Source: Ginglymostoma cirratum
Lineage: Eukaryota
Direction of reading: 5' to 3'
DNA length: 64,000 nt
Assembly (NCBI GenBank): GCA_024137785.1
Contig: JAHRHZ010000023.1
Location: forward strand, 35,322,801-35,386,800
Part shown: in pieces, positions 12,350 through 27,022 of the stretch
How the letters are laid out: each line of letters opens with the position of its first letter
Numbering within the stretch: position 1 is the first letter of the stretch
The notes under the pieces: generated by a model
What the model saw: the letters and a program-made list of their open reading frames with translations, nothing else
What the model was told of the DNA's origin: nothing
Database searches by the model: none
Translations under genes and position numbers: made by a program

Positions 12350-12790
12350 AAACCACCTACAATGACATCCATCTGTCCACTATGTTTGCTGCTTCCTCAA
12401 AAAAGTTCAGTAAAATTGTTAGACATGACTTACTCTCTCTAACCAAATTTCTCAAAGTTCTCAGTTACTCTGTTCTTAAATATAGATTTCAATGACTTGC
12501 CTACAACAGATACTAACAATCCTTTAATTTTCTTGTTTCTTCATTTTTCTTAAATATGAGCTAAATGTGCAAATTTCCAAGCTAAAAGGGAAATTATTGA
12601 ATTGACAGAACCGGAAGAATATGGCTAAAATATGTGCAGTTTCCTCAACAACATCATTTAAAATCTTAGCTTGAAAGCCATCAGGTCCTAAGGATTTAGC
12701 AATCTTTAATGCCATTATTCTTTACAATACTGTTTCCTTGCTTAATCTTACTTCAATAATTCTCAGAACTTGATTGCTAAAGTCCACAAT
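12350..12790 (-). mobile_element. CR1 LINE RT fragment
   Basis: ORF 12524-12715 KSLGPDGFQAKILNDVVEETAHILAIFF resembles CR1 KSPGPDG.HPR.LKE. Confidence 0.75.
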
Positions 12791-15452
12791 TTCCTTTTTA
12801 CATTTACAGTTTTGCCTTTATCCATTTTATTAAATGTAACCACATTTACTCTGGATTCTCTTTTTCTTGAAACATAATGATAAAATCCTTTCATGATAAT
12901 CTTGAGACAAGTTAGATCTATAATGATTTATCAGAATACTGCTGAGGAAAAGCCTAACCTCAAATGTCACCTTGTCTGGTGTTTCAACAGATGTTGACTG
13001 ACTTGTTAGGTATGATTTTAACTTATCAAAGGTGACATTAACTGGGATGCTCCTGCCACTGCCATTCAGAAGCAGGAGCATAGCCTGTTTTAAGCAGTAG
13101 ATCCCTTTTCATATGCAATGAGATTCTGTAACATATGCAGAGCCTGGACAGGTGGTGTCCCTTTTCACCAGTTTTACTGGTGACACAACTGAAGAACTGG
13201 AAAAAGGTCCTTTGTAATTATTTTTGTTGAGTGAGCAGTTGAAGGAGTAGTCATCCATGTCCCACAAATCTAGCCCTATTGCCCGTAATTGTCAACACCT
13301 GAAATTTCTTTGCTACTGGCCTGAATCTGACAAGCTGTTTGGAAGGTTCACTTTGGGCGGTCAGTTACCAGTTCTGTTTCAATGAACCTCAGAATTGTAA
13401 CAGCCCGTTTGGTGCCATGAAGGGCAGGTAGCCAGCTGGTTTTGTAATATACTAAATCAACCTTGCTGCATCTGTCAAATTCATGCTGAGAATTTTATCT
13501 GTCCGAATCTCTCGGATACTAAGATCGCAAGATATTGTGCAAGTCCAAAAAAATATAATTACATCTTTGAGTGTGTTCAAGCTATGCAAAGCTCAAAGTA
13601 TTTGTATGGAAGGAAGTGAAACAATATTCTGCTGATTTGTTCAGTAGTTATAGATTTAGGCAGATGAATTTAGAGATATTTTAAGCTGCTGAGCAATGCA
13701 GGGTGCATTACTTTATTGCAGTGGTTTTAAAAATTAAAGAAATGTAAAGAAAGATAGATTCACATAATATTTTGTTTTGATCGACAAAGAAAAGCTTAGC
13801 AGTTTTGTTAAAACAAAACATTTGCCCTTTAATCCTGGTTAAATAATTTGCACCTTGGCAAATTTGACTGCATATTTCTTTTCTATCTATGTGCCAGGTT
13901 GGGGCATTTTAGCTGTTGTGTTCTCACAGAGAGCCACACATGTCTGACTTGATGAACCCACACAGTTATGGGCCAACACAAAACTCGTAGACAAGACAAA
14001 GTAAAGTTTAATTGCTGTTATTTTCATGATAAATGAAGTCTTCTCCCCATCAGCTCTGGAAAGTTAGATGATCCAGCTATCAGGAAGGGAGTGGGAAGCC
14101 GATGAAAAATGAGGCAACCTTTCAGCTGTGAACATCGATCTGAGTCTCAGAGGATTTTTCTTGGACAAATTGAGAGACCATTAGTGTAACTTAAAGTCTG
14201 AGAGAAATCTGTCAGATCCGTGATGGCAATGGCAGCAGCGCATGAAATATATTCAAATAGCTCATGTGAGAATCTCTGCTGGGCAAACTAATCAATGGTG
14301 CTTCCAAATGGCAGAAGCTTTAATAAAATTCATGGGGCAAGAGAATGGGGCTTAAGGAAACCTCTCCCAACTTTCTCTATGATTAGGTCCATTATTTACG
14401 ATGTGACAGAGATGCAGAAAATAAAAGGCGTTCAATAGCAGTGAAATTGAGGCTGCAGCGCAAGGTAGGAAAACATGTCAGATTGAAAATGTGGACCTCC
14501 TAAATATTCTCATTAATGTGCATATAGTCTGCAGTGGACTTTTAGAAGGAAAAAAAATTGATTAGTAGAGCTAGGAATTTTAATGTTCCACTGCATATAT
14601 AGTTTGCAGAATGCGTAGAGGTAATACTGGAGCCAATATCAGGAGATTCCTGTTATGTCAGTGAAACTATTAACTTTCTCCTGCCGACTGGGCACATAAA
14701 ATTCATAAAAATTAATCGTATAATTTCCATGCATCAAATTTCTGGTCCTTCAGCAAACCTTAAATGTGTAATATAGGATTTATGCTCTAAGAAAGTGTGC
14801 AATATTGTGAATTATGATTGCTAGATAATTAATGCTCCCAAGTCTGATGCAGCAGGACAACCAACAGGGTCTGCTGTTTGTTGGATTTGCCCTTGCCACA
14901 GTTAGATCCTTTCAGCACATTTGCTACAAGCTGTTATTGGCAGAGTGAGGGGAAAACCAGGTGTCTGTGTCCCGAGTGAGCAATCAGACCAAAGATTGTG
15001 AAATAAACCGTGCAAATACAGAGAAGGAAGTGTTTGGTATATTGGGTGAATGAACAAGGTTTGGATGTTTATCTGTGAGTTGAGTGCTTAGAATCGTGAG
15101 ACTTCCTGGCTCTACAGGCCTGATTTTTAAAGGGGGCTGCCTTGCCTGGGAATATGGGCTGTGTTCGAAGTCAGAAGGTGACCCCACCCAAAGATGGGCA
15201 GAAGACCTGCCTTGGGGTTCTGGCACTATGTCCAAATCTTTAAAAAAGGAAGATGATTATCTCTCAACCACTGAATCCTCACATGCCCTCACCAGCTGCA
15301 CACTGCCCTTGTTCATCCACGCCAACCCAACGCACCTCATGCACTGTATACACATCCCTGGCCCTTCTTGCAATCAATGCCATATTTAAAGGGCAGGACT
15401 TTAAATGCCTTGCCAGCTTGATAGCACCTTTTGACAGTTGACCCTTCTGATA

Positions 15453-15792
15453 GGTCACAGAATCCCGACAGTGCAGCCCATCGAGTCTGCGCTAACCCTC
15501 TGCAGATCATCCCGCCAGACCCAGCCCCCTACCTTTCCCTGTAACCTTGTATTTACTATGGCTAAACCACCTAGCCTCCACATCCATGGACATACAGACA
15601 ATTTAGCATGGCCAATCCATCTAACCTGCACATCCTTGGACTGTGGGAGGAAGCTAGATCACTTGGTGGAAACACATGCAGACATGAACGTGCAACATGC
15701 AAACTCCACACGGACAGTTATCCAAGCTGGAATCAAACCTGGGTCCCTGGAGCTATGAGGCAGCAATGCTAACCACTGATCCACTGTGCTAC
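15453..15792 (-). mobile_element. HE1-like V-SINE
   Basis: Colinear with 10556-10898 (head, V-domain, tail). Confidence 0.88.
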
Positions 15793-16289
15793 TCATGATC
15801 AAATCCAAAGGGCTAACTTAACTTTATAAACAGATACTTTGGATATCCAAAGAAATCTACATCACTCAGATTTTCTTTTCTCAGGTCTCCGCTGTACATT
15901 TTGGAATGTTAGTCCTTAACTCCTAAAATCCGACTTGAGTGGAAGGGGGCTGATAATTAAATCACCAGTCACATCTGTTAAACCACTCAAACACAAAATG
16001 CAAATAACAGTTCTCCAGATTTCACAAAATTGTTTGCAAGTGTTCGTTGTGATATCTCGGTTTCATCTACCATTTTCATCGTGGTGGACAGGCTTTCCCT
16101 GCATTTTAATGAAAATTTACGCCAAGTTCAGGTACAGAAGGAAAAATAAACTGAAGCAAGGAACAAGAAATGCAAAATGAAAAATTGAAGTAAGGATATT
16201 AAAATTGACAATTTTAGAATATGCAACATGTTAGGCCTGAAGGAATAAGGCTTCACATTGTAATTGCGAGAATCTTGCATCTGAAATAG

Positions 16290-16510
16290 ACTAAAGACCG
16301 AAAGAACTGCAGATTCTGAAAATCCAAAACAAAAACAGAAATTGCTGGAAAACCTCATCAGGTCTGGCAGCATTTGTGGAAAGAAATCAAAGTTAATGTT
16401 TTAGTTCTGAGGAAGGGTCACTGGATCTGAAATGTTAACTCTGATTTATTTCCCACTGATGCAGCCAGACCTGCTAAGCTTTTCCAGAAATTTCTGTTTT
16501 TATTTCTGAT
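16290..16510. mobile_element. Palindromic Penelope-derived mini-element with a decayed hammerhead core
   Basis: Inverted arms (AAAACAGAAATTGCTGGAAAA / TTTTCCAGAAATTTCTGTTTT). Core AGTT-CTGAGGA-A-GGGTC(ACTG)GATCT-GAAA-TGTT-AACT at 16403-16440. Confidence 0.8.
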
Positions 16511-16640
16511 CTTGAACAGAAACTTTGTATTAAAGCATATAAGCTGCTCTCAACTGAAGCTGTAGTGGTATTTGTGCATAAATTCCAATGAGGGCCCTGA
16601 ATCTTACTCGAAATCGAATGGCTATTACCGTTCTTTTTAG

Positions 16641-16862
<222 letters not shown>

Positions 16863-17502
16863 TAGTATCCCAAACAATTGGTTAAATGGCTAATGACCAT
16901 GGCATTCATTTCAAGAGAGAATGGAGTTATAATGTCACCGACGAGCTTTAATTATCTCCTTCATGAATATACACAGTGTGCAAAAAATTCTTGTGCATTA
17001 TGATATTTTTATATAATGCGGTTAAAAATTTTAAATAATTTCATGTGAAAATATGACCTGTTGCAATGTTTCTATTTTTTTTTTAATTGAAAGGGCAGAA
17101 ACACCAGAATACTGAGAATACTTGTCATATCTGTCTTTTGATCATAGAAGACAATGCAACTATGGGGAATATCTATCTGCTGTACACAATCTTTGCAGAG
17201 AAATATGTTCCATTTTAATGAGAGAACATTTGAATAAAGCTTCAGTGGCTATTTAATGTTGTGTTTGTTGGCCAGCTTGCAGTGCCAGGGAATGATTTGA
17301 CATTTTATTCCTAAATCTGTAAGGCATTGGGAGATATCATCCTGATATGATAAACATGATATAAATGCAAGTTGGTTTTCAATATTTTACTTACGCACCA
17401 CAAAGCTTCAGAACGTTGATGAGAGGATTATTATGGTTGCAACTGTGCCAATGATGTGATTGACCCTTGAATAATATTAAATGTAGAGCCGTTTATTTTC
17501 AA

Positions 17503-17634
17503 AACCTAAAGAATTGCAGATGCTGTAAATCAGAAACAAAAACGGAAATCGCTGGAAAAGCTCAGCAGTTCTGGCAGTATCCATGGAGAGCAATAACAGT
17601 TAATGTTTCGGGCTGAGTGACCCTTCCACAGAAC
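17503..17634 (-). mobile_element. Penelope-derived mini-element (single arm)
   Basis: Same family as 16290 and 54560. The minus strand starts GTTCTGTGGAAGGGTCACTCAGCCCGAAACATTAAC (mutated core). Confidence 0.78.
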
Positions 17635-17864
17635 CGTATATTTTGAAATTCTTGTACATTTGTTCAGTTTCTGTCTTCCACTTCTGTAAGAACATTGTCT
17701 CGAAGTGCACACATTATGTTACATAGAATTAATAAGGTGCCTGTGCCTCAAGTGGTCAAATACTTGTTAGACATCCTTTAAGTTTTCAATGTTATTTTAC
17801 TGGGATCCCCAGCAACAAGTGAAATCAGTGAAGGAGGGCATTGTGTAAGGGAGTGAAGAGGAGC

Positions 17865-17970
17865 TCTTGTAGTGCAGTGGTCATGTCCCTACATCTGAAC
17901 CAAGAGGTCTGGGTTCAAGCACCACCAGCTCTAGAGGTGAAAAATAACATCTCTGAACAGGTTGATTAGA
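17865..17970 (+). mobile_element. Short tRNA-derived SINE head
   Basis: TAGTGCAGTGG (box A) ... GGTTCAAGC (box B). Homologous to 51241-51306 and 51361-51470. Confidence 0.6.
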
Positions 17971-18814
17971 AACATGTAAGGGAGCTAAGGAATTTGCACC
18001 TTCCACCAGCAGTTAGCGGTGATGCGGGAAGGCAGTTGAGGCAGTTGAACAGACTCTTGCTTGAAAAGAAAATGCATTTGGTTGAAGCAGGGCCGTTGGG
18101 AAGTGTGGGACTGGTGAACAGACCAAGGAGTTCCTCAGTCCAGTGTAACCCACCGACCCATTCCAGGTAAATACACAAAATAGTTTCTTATTTATCTTTA
18201 ATTTCTCTTAATATTTATAATGTTCTAATGTTAGTGGAATAAATGATCTGCTTCATGATCTTTGGACTAGTATGAGTTCAAATCTTGTTACATTCTGGTA
18301 TCAATATCATGTGACATTTATGTTATACATGCTAGCCACACTGTCTTTCTTGACCATATTATACCGACTTCTCGTTTAGTTTATTTTTGTAACGACAATA
18401 ACAGATATTTCCTTACCTTGGTTTGTAACATGCATTAATTCTGAATATCTGTGCTCAACTCTACAAGTGATCAACTTTCACAATTCAAAACACTGACTTT
18501 AACCTAATTCTCTCAGTGGAGCTGAACATCTGTTTTATATCTCATACAACTTTGCTCGCTACTACAACCCTGCAAATTTGGATTAGGTTCTGAATATTCT
18601 GGATTTGTTGATCTCTATAGCAGTTCACGTTGTTTAACTTGAAGTTGAGATGAAATATTTGAGTCCAGCTACAGAACATGTGAAGCTGATCTGTTAACGT
18701 TATACATAAATATTGCCCTAAGTTCTATTTTTCACTGATGTTGTTGATTATGGATTTTTGTGATGTTAATCTGAGCTATTTTACAAACATTTCAAAGTCC
18801 TCTGCCTGCAAGCT

Positions 18815-19268
18815 ATAGAAGCACTGGAGAAGGTCCAGAGAAGATTTACAAGAATGATAGCAAAAATATTAGGAAAGGACTGACAGTCTGGTTCTGTTTC
18901 TTTCTCAAAAATATAAGGCTGCAGGCTGACCTATTGAAAAGTATTTAAATTTATGGAAGGCTTTGACAGAGTAGATACAGAGATTGGTTCCTCTTTTTGG
19001 GAAAAGGATAAATAGAGGTCGTCAGTGTAAGATGGTCACCAAGAAATCTTAGAATGTGTTCAGGAGGAACATATTTTCGGGAAGGCTGGTAAGAAGTGGA
19101 GGTTTCCACCACAGGTAGTGGCTGAAGTGAATGCTATAGATGCCTTGTTGGGGAAGTTAGGCAGACATTCGATGGAGAAAAAAGCAGAGAGGGTGTACAA
19201 TGATAGACTTATGTGAGGAAAGATGGATGGAGGCTCAGGTGGAGCATAAACACCACCGTGAACTGTTC
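18815..19268 (+). mobile_element. CR1 LINE 3' fragment
   Basis: EALEKVQRRFTRMI peptide followed by a CR1 3' region. Confidence 0.8.
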
Positions 19269-19271
19269 AGA

Positions 19272-20345
19272 ATCATAGGATTGGAGAAGCTCAAAAGAAG
19301 ACCACTCTGCCCATTGCCTCTGTACTGGCTGTTTCAAGCAGCAATTCACCTTCTATGCTTTTCCCCCGCGATTTGTTTTGTCTTTGGATAATTTCCTTTT
19401 GAAAACTTCAATTGAGTATGCCTCTACCATACTCACGGACAGTGCTTTCTTGCAACTCACTGTGTGAAGCAACTTTTCCTCACATTTCTTTTGTGAATTA
19501 CTTTAAATCTGAGACCTCTGATTCTCAATTCTTCCACTGGTGGGAACAGTTTTTCCCTAGCTTGTCCTCTCAGGTTCCTCATGTTTTTGAATATATCAAT
19601 CAAAACTCCTCTCAAACTACTCCAGGGGAATGGTCTCAAATTTTCTAATCTTTCTAATGCACCCTCACCAGTGCCTTCACATTCTTCCTGTAATATGGTG
19701 TCCAGAGCTGAAGACAGTGCTCCAAATGAGACTAAAACACTATTTTGTGTAGGTGTAATATAACATCTGTCCACTCCTAATAAAGCCCAGAATGCCATAT
19801 ATTAAATTAACGACTCTCTCGACCTGCCTTGCCACCTTCAATGATTTATAGCAAACTACATCCTCTGCTCCTGTGCCCACTTTAGAATTGCACATTTTTT
19901 TAATGTTGTCTCTGTGTTCTTCTAACCAAAATGAACCTTTTCATACTTCTCTGCATTAAATTTCATCCACAACTTGTTCACCTATTCTGCCAGTCTGTCT
20001 ACATCCTTTACAAATGCTACACTATTCACTTTACGGTTCATAATACTGTCGTGTTTTTTAATTACCTGCAGATGTTGAAATTGTGCCCCAAACACCAAGA
20101 TTATATATCGTTAATATATAAAGGAAGAGCAATGATCTTAGGATGATCACTGGGAACTCCAATATAATCCTTCCTCCAGTCCAAAAAACAAACATTCACC
20201 ACAACTCCTTGTTTTCTGTCATTCAGCTGATTTTGTGTCCGTGTTGCTATTGACCCTTTTATTTTATGACTTCAGACTCTCCTCACCAGTTTGTTGTGTG
20301 GCCCTTTATATAAAGTCCCTGTACACTCTATCACCAGCATTACCC
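19272..20345 (-). mobile_element. CR1 LINE 3' fragment, tail-to-tail with the preceding copy
   Basis: ORF 19457-19798 contains LRGVLIDIFKNMR..EKLFPPVEELRIRGLRFKV. A GVPQ.SS/FADN-like RT remnant lies at ~20030-20160. Confidence 0.82.
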
Positions 20346-20829
20346 TCAGTTACTGGGTTGGTAATAAGTTGAGAACAAGGTGTCACATTGAAAGTTCAGA
20401 AGGGAATCGAAAAGGAAATAGGAAACTAGTACATGCCAAGAGACTAGCAGCTAATATTTAAGGTAATCTGAGAATGTCTTCTACAGGCATATAAATAGCA
20501 AAAGAATGGTCAAAGGAGGAGTTGGGAACGTTAGGGACGAAAAAAGTGTTTGACACATGGAGGTAGGGGTCATGACTGAGGTATCAAATACCTCTTACCT
20601 GCCGTCACCATGGAAGTAAGGAAAGTAGCAGAGATTCTGATCTGCAGCACAAACCTCCTGGCCTCTTTCACAGTGATCCTGATGAGTTTCATAGGGATCC
20701 CTGTCGACTTCACGGTGATCATACACTGCTTCACACTTAACCTGATCGGCTGTACAGCTTGTTTCTACACCAAGAAACCGATGTAATTCTATGTAATTAA
20801 TTACCTTCTCCTCATCGTTGGGTCAGAAT

Positions 20830-21670
20830 TACAGATGCTTGCTGGTGATTTCAGTGTTCAGTTTTCATCACAATCCTTCAAATAATGAAGCAACCCATCC
20901 CACACGTGACAAAACATCCAGGCTTAGCTTGATCAGCAGCGACTAACACTTATATCACACAAGTGCCAAACAATGACTGTCTTCAACCAGAGAGAGTTTA
21001 CCTCCTTCCCTTGACATTCAACAGCATTATGATTGTTACATGCTCTACCATTTACCTGAAGTTTGATTGAACCAGTCATTCAAATACTGTGATTTTAAAA
21101 AATGTAGCATGTTTGATATTTTTTGATGAGTGATATACCTAACTTTCCAAATCATTTCACTGCAAACAAGGGGAGCGATGGAACACTTACCCTTGGCAGG
21201 GTGAGTTTAACTCTAACACCATGCAAGAAGCTCAGCAAATCCAGGAAAATCAGGTCACTTGCTAGGCACTCTAAACATTCTGAAACATGTCTTAAACATT
21301 CAGTGTTATCACCATAGACTAACATGGCAACAGTGCGTTGCCTCTTTCAGGTGCACTGCAGTAACTCACAAAGTTTCCCTCAAATGCATGTCCCAATTCT
21401 GCGACCTAGGTCCATCAGGACAAGGGCAGAAGGCTCTTGGAAACATCACCAGTTACACCGCTCAAATCACTCAACATCCCCATTTGAAAAATTATTGTCA
21501 TCCCTTCTTTGTTGCTGGGTCAAATTCCTGGAATTCTGCTTCATAGCACTGAGGGCGTATATTTGCCACATGGGTCAAGTGGTGCAGTCTTCTGAGAAGA
21601 TAGTTCACTACCATCTACTCATGGGCAATGCTGGCGCCGCCAACTCTGTCTACATCCTGTGAATGAACAA
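20830..21670 (+). mobile_element. CR1/L2-group LINE 3' fragment (second family)
   Basis: Colinear with 45300-46500 and 60550-61060; shares the GGGTCAAATTCCTGGAA...GGGCAATGCTGG tail. Confidence 0.7.
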
Positions 21671-21699
21671 TAATTATCAGTTGTTTTTATTTCCATCAA

Positions 21700-22150
21700 G
21701 CAACATTTCAACAATCTACCAGCCATCATGATTGGAAGCACAATAACCTATTATTAAATGTTGGTCTGGGTTAATCCCTGCAGTTTTATTGAATAAAAAT
21801 CTACAACAAATGTAATAGAGCCGTTTTGCTTAAAAGGAGTATGACGTGGCGGTTGATAGGCATTTGAAAGTCTAATTTTAAGTGCCTGAGTAAATCAAGT
21901 GGAACACTATAATAGAAGCTGCTGCATCCTGCCTGAATCATTGTCATCTGCTGCATACTGTATAACATTCTGAGGAAAGTTTACAATTTCTGAAAGTTGA
22001 AGGCGGTGATGATGGGGACAATATAGAAGGAGCATTTTCCCAACAGCATGAGAAGTGTGTGCACGAAGGAGAGGACATGGAAAGTGATAGAGAACAGCCA
22101 GAGACTGAGGGGATGGTTGACAATCCAGCCCTTTCAATGATAAAGAATGA
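21700..22150 (+). mobile_element. Decayed PIF/Harbinger transposase C-terminus
   Basis: Translated remnants YNKC.., GI*KSNFKCLSKSSGTL and IIVICCILYNI, then an acidic tail (EGGDDGD..EGEDMESDRE). This is the usual end of Harbinger transposases. Confidence 0.65.
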
Positions 22151-25100
22151 CTCAACAAATAAATGTGTCTCACCCTTGTTTGTTCTCCAGCCACATCCTT
22201 AAAAAGTTGATGAATGCTGATGAGTAGCCTGGCTGTATGCCCTGAGGAAGCGAAGTAAAAAAAGAAGAGATAGCAACAACTTTTGATTTTGACAAGGCTA
22301 ATGGTGAAGTGGTACAAAATTAGGGGTGCATTGAATTTACCATTATAGCCCCATCAATGTTATTGCACTCGCTTGTCCAGGATCCTCTTAAACCTTTTGA
22401 CATCCTCTAAGATTGCATTACCCTTCGTCACCCTGGCACATATCTTAGCATAAGTAATTTTCCATCTTTGGATGCCCTGAGCATTCAAGCCTGTTGTATT
22501 AATACTTGCCATACCGGTCCTATCTGTTTGTATCCTCTCCTAGTCAGCTGTTACCAGCACAATATACAATTTGCATCCAAACGCAATCTGCTACTTTCCC
22601 TGCAACATCGAGTTAAAAATATGAGCAGTAAAAAAGAAGTGCTTTACTGGATAAATGAGACTTTTGTTTGTCTTCTATTTATGAAAATGTGACATTTGAT
22701 TGTGTAGTTTCAAAGGATTTATAAGTTGCATGACAGTAAGAAAAATGAACATAGTTTGTCTCGGAAATTAAGTGATATTCCTTTAATAGTACAATAAGCT
22801 GTAGGTTTTTTCTGTTAACTATTTGCATTGTTGAACATTTTTCTTTCCTAATGAGGATATTAATATTTCCCCGGGTGTCAGTGTTCTTGCTCAGTAATGT
22901 GATAACTACCTGCAGTGATGATAAAACTGATATCTATCAACCAGCAGGTAGTTGGGTATATAATTGGCAGCATTCTGTGGCACACTCAGGAATTGCTGGA
23001 AACAATTCCACTGTGTTATTGATGTCGTGGTGGAAACTTAAAGAAGATAAGAATTAAACATTGAAATTTAAATGCTGAATGTTTAAAATAGCTGTGACAC
23101 CAATATGGAAATTGGGAAGAGCAACCTAATGCAGAGAAGAATTTTGCATTTGAGATATGCACAGGATTTTGGTGCAGAGTGGGAATGGAGGCAGACTGGC
23201 GTGAAATTTCCTGCTGCAGTCCTGAAACCTGACCATTTTCCTGTAGTCAGATCATTGCACGGAACCTGTTTATATCATGATTACACAATCAAAAACCAAT
23301 TAAAGCCATTCAGGTTGATTGCAGTTTTCCAGTCAGCCTGCCATTCCCCTCAACTTCATGAGCATGGCCAATGCCTGGCAGGCTGGGGTTAGCACTTCAG
23401 AACCACACTGAACTTTCTCCCCAGCTACACACAATGGCAACACCTATTCAACAATTGCCTTAAAGAGCAAAGTGGTAGTCTGGAAGCTGTTGTCATTTTT
23501 TTATATCAAAAATACAGGGAGGGCATCCCTCTCGACCTTTCCTCCAAAGGTAGGCTGCAGCTCTGCCTGTGCTAGAGGGTTTCCTCTTGGTGCTCCAGTT
23601 TTGAGAACCCTCCACAAGGATGGTGAGCATGCTGTCCAGACACAGATTAGCTGACCTTGTAAGTATCCTCCTGTTACTTCACCAGCATTGGATGCAGAAG
23701 TCATGGTGTGATGCTAAACAGAAAATTCTGCCCTCTGGTATCTGGGTTCAGTTCACAAATGTCCAAGGCATATGCAACAAGCTTGTCTCTCTCTCATGTT
23801 TTTATGCATCTTTTCACTAACAAGTTAAAATTGGGAGTCTATTACTTCAGCATATTGCATTTAATTATCCTACATTCTCCTTACGTTTTGGAGTTGCTGT
23901 TTCATGAAAGCCAACACTTCTATTCTGTGACCAATTAACTGACAGTGATGCACATCTGAGCTGATGCTAGGCTCTGGACCATAGAGATTACCCTAGTCAA
24001 GTCATTTAAAAATACCTACATTCATACTCATGTAGTTGACAGCAGGCATTAATGAAGCTGAAATTTTGATTTCATTTTCTTCCTCCTACCGCATGGCCGA
24101 CAATGGCAGCAAGTCCCTGATTCATTAACAACTTAGATAGGTTAACACGGTACAGATCAGCTATAAAACTGGGGGCTTTTCTTGGCTGTATAAAAAACAA
24201 TAACAGGGGTCATGCCTTCACTTTCCATACGAATCAGATTGCCTTCCTTTGATGCTTCAAATCCCAAAGATGGCCCTCATACTTATTGCTTTTATATGTG
24301 TTTGCACTTCTGTGGACTTTATCATTTAGCACCTTACAAGACAGTCCACTTACCTGCTGTGTTCTTGAAGAGGCATTCAAAATTTATTTCTAACGTGCCA
24401 TTCATAGCTTTTAGCTACCTATACATAATTTAGAAAATAATTTTGCATATATTTAAAATAATAATGTCATCTTACGATTCACTAAAGAGCTTTTCAACTG
24501 AGTTGTTAATAATGAAAAGTTTAGCCGCATGCAAAAAGAAAGGTGATGTGTCTGATGAAAAACTGTTGATTTAAGGCACCTCTAATCTCCATAAATAAGT
24601 TAAAAACAGAAGGTTATATAAAGCTGTCAGGATAGCACTGATGAATGGCGATTTCAACAGTTCTCAATTGCTGGTGAAAACACATGCTGCAAGGCTTAAC
24701 CACATTGTACATCATAACTGCCAACTCATTTTTGTGATTAAATATTCAGTCATAACAGCCTGTATAGCTGTAAAGCTTAACAAGATTCCTGTGATGCACT
24801 GCCTGAAAATACATAACTCACTGCCCAGGACACAGAACTCCCAATGCGACAGAGAGAGCAAAAATGGGGAAAGACAGAAAACAGGTCGTGGATGAAATGA
24901 TTCATCGCTGCACAACAGGCAGAGGAATGGGGTAATGTTATATAGGTTTGTGATATAGTTACGTTTTGTCAATTTTTACAAGACAATTAAGTCAAAATTG
25001 AAAAATAATCATAGAATTTAACGTGAAAACCTATGTGAACAAGTGAGTTCCTGGATCAAAGGCACTTTGAATGGAATTTTCAGAAGTTTGTTTTTTTAAA

Positions 25101-25807
25101 TGTAAGCTGGGAACCTTTAAGGTTTAAAAAGAAAAGTTGACTATTTAGTGCATTTAACAAAAGAAGAGTCAGTGTACATCCCAGTAATTATCTCAAAATT
25201 ATTGACAGGATTTTTTAAAAAATTGTTTGCTTGAAAACATGTGCTCTTTTTAGGAAGATACTTTTCTTTTATTATTGCCATCTGCCCTAAAATGCATTCC
25301 TGAAACTCTGTTACTTTGAACATCAATGTCATAACGCTTTGCATGGCTGAACATACAGATTAATGACACCAACTTCTTGATGGGTGTTGTTCAGTGAACC
25401 ACGAACCATCTGCAGTGAGGAAAATTATTGGAATCATTGTCCTTCGGTATCAAACTGGATTTGTTCTGTGAGATGATGAGGATTTGGACACATCCTTTTG
25501 AGTTCTAAAATTGATATCCTGTAGGATATTATAGTGAAGAATAAAAATGGTTCAAATCACTGATTTTTGTTTTCACGCTCCATGACTAGACTTTTAGCCT
25601 AGCCCAGGGACCAGTATTGCTTATTCCCATGCACAGGTAATGCCAAAACTAACATTTTTCTTGAGACTTTATTGCACCAAATAAAAATAACTTTAATTTA
25701 TACATTGCCTTTAACATTCCAAAGAGGTGCAATCAAAAACAACATTACTGTTGTGCTGAGCGATTATTCCATAATGTAACTTGATGTCAATCAGATAAAC
25801 TATGTAT

Positions 25808-25968
25808 AGAACATAGAACATAGAACAGTACAACACAGGACAGGCCCTTTGGCCCACAATGTTGTGCCGAACTTTTACCCTAAACCTTAGGTCTATCTAA
25901 CCTCCATGCCTCCTTATACTATCATCCATATGCCTGTCTAATAACCGCTTAAATGCCCCTAATGAGGC
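25808..25968 (-). mobile_element. CR1-type 3' terminus with AGAACAT short repeats
   Basis: AGAACATAGAACATAGAACAGTACAACACAGGACAGGCCCTTTGGCCC, the reverse complement of a CR1-type tail. Confidence 0.7.
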
Positions 25969-26849
25969 TTATAATTTTAGTGACCTGGTTACCACCACCT
26001 CATGAAAATTCTGCTTCATGCTAGTTTCACGCAATCCATGTTGCAATTCAAGAAAAAGGTTTGGAACGTGATTGCACTGAAGGATTTTCAGGCAGACACA
26101 TTAACTCATACTCCCGAGTGAGTGCCTATTTAGGAAATATAATTACCATGCATCAGTTGCTATGGAATAGAGTGCATGACATCATTATTTTTCTCATTAT
26201 TTCCTGTGCGTCGTCACAAAATAATTATTTCATGTATATATTTAATAAATGGTATTAAATGATGAAATATCAAAACAGAGGATAAGTTGGATTTTTGATC
26301 CACCTTACTCCCAAATGGTGAATTGTAAGTTTCCCTGAAACAGTTTGCTATCTGTATCATAATTATATTGAAACCCAAATGCAGGCTGGTCTTTACAAGT
26401 GATGTACAAATCTGTGCTCTTAACACTTGCATGCATGGGAACTTGAAAGAAAAGTCAGGAATCAAGTGCAAAGTAGGGGAAATAAAAATCTTTGCAGCTT
26501 TTGAAAAGGTTCCATTCCTAGCTTTTACCAAGGCTTACGGGGATGTGAAAGGGAAGCCAATATTGAAGTGTAAGTCTGAGAACTGGAGCATCGACGTACA
26601 TTAAATTTCTGTCAGTGCGCTATCAGATCACAGGCAGCTTGAGCTGGAGGAGCACTGGTGTGTGTGCAGACAATGTGCTATTGCCTGGTCTGGCTGGTCA
26701 CCAATGATTCTGTTTATCCTTCGTGAAGCTTAGAAACAATAGGAGTCCAAGAAAAATAAGGGAAGCCGGCGTGTGGGACATCACCGCCTTTGAGACCCCT
26801 TCCAAATCTGCCGCATCTTAGTTGGAAACAATAGCATCTTTTCTTCCTG

Positions 26850-27022
26850 GTTGCTGGATTAGGTTCCTGTTACTCCCTATCTGAAACACGGTGGGTGTGC
26901 CAACACTACATGGACTGCAGTGACTCAAGAGGCAGCTAACACCACACTGTCAGGGCCAATTAGGTATGGGCAGTAAATGTTCAAATTTTGCTAGTGATGC
27001 CCACAAACCATGTATTCATGAA
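26850..27022 (+). mobile_element. LINE 3' tail (same family as 20830-21670)
   Basis: GGACTGCAG...GGCAGC...CACCAC...GGGCCAATTAGGTATGGGCAGTAAATG. Confidence 0.6.

Noticed and set aside
17865-17970. tRNA gene
   Set aside because: Only box A/B remnants, with no cloverleaf. It recurs at 51241-51470 as a SINE head.
20679-20710. CTGATGAG followed by a possible stem, resembling a hammerhead
   Set aside because: No GAAA box after stem II and no similarity to the Penelope family.
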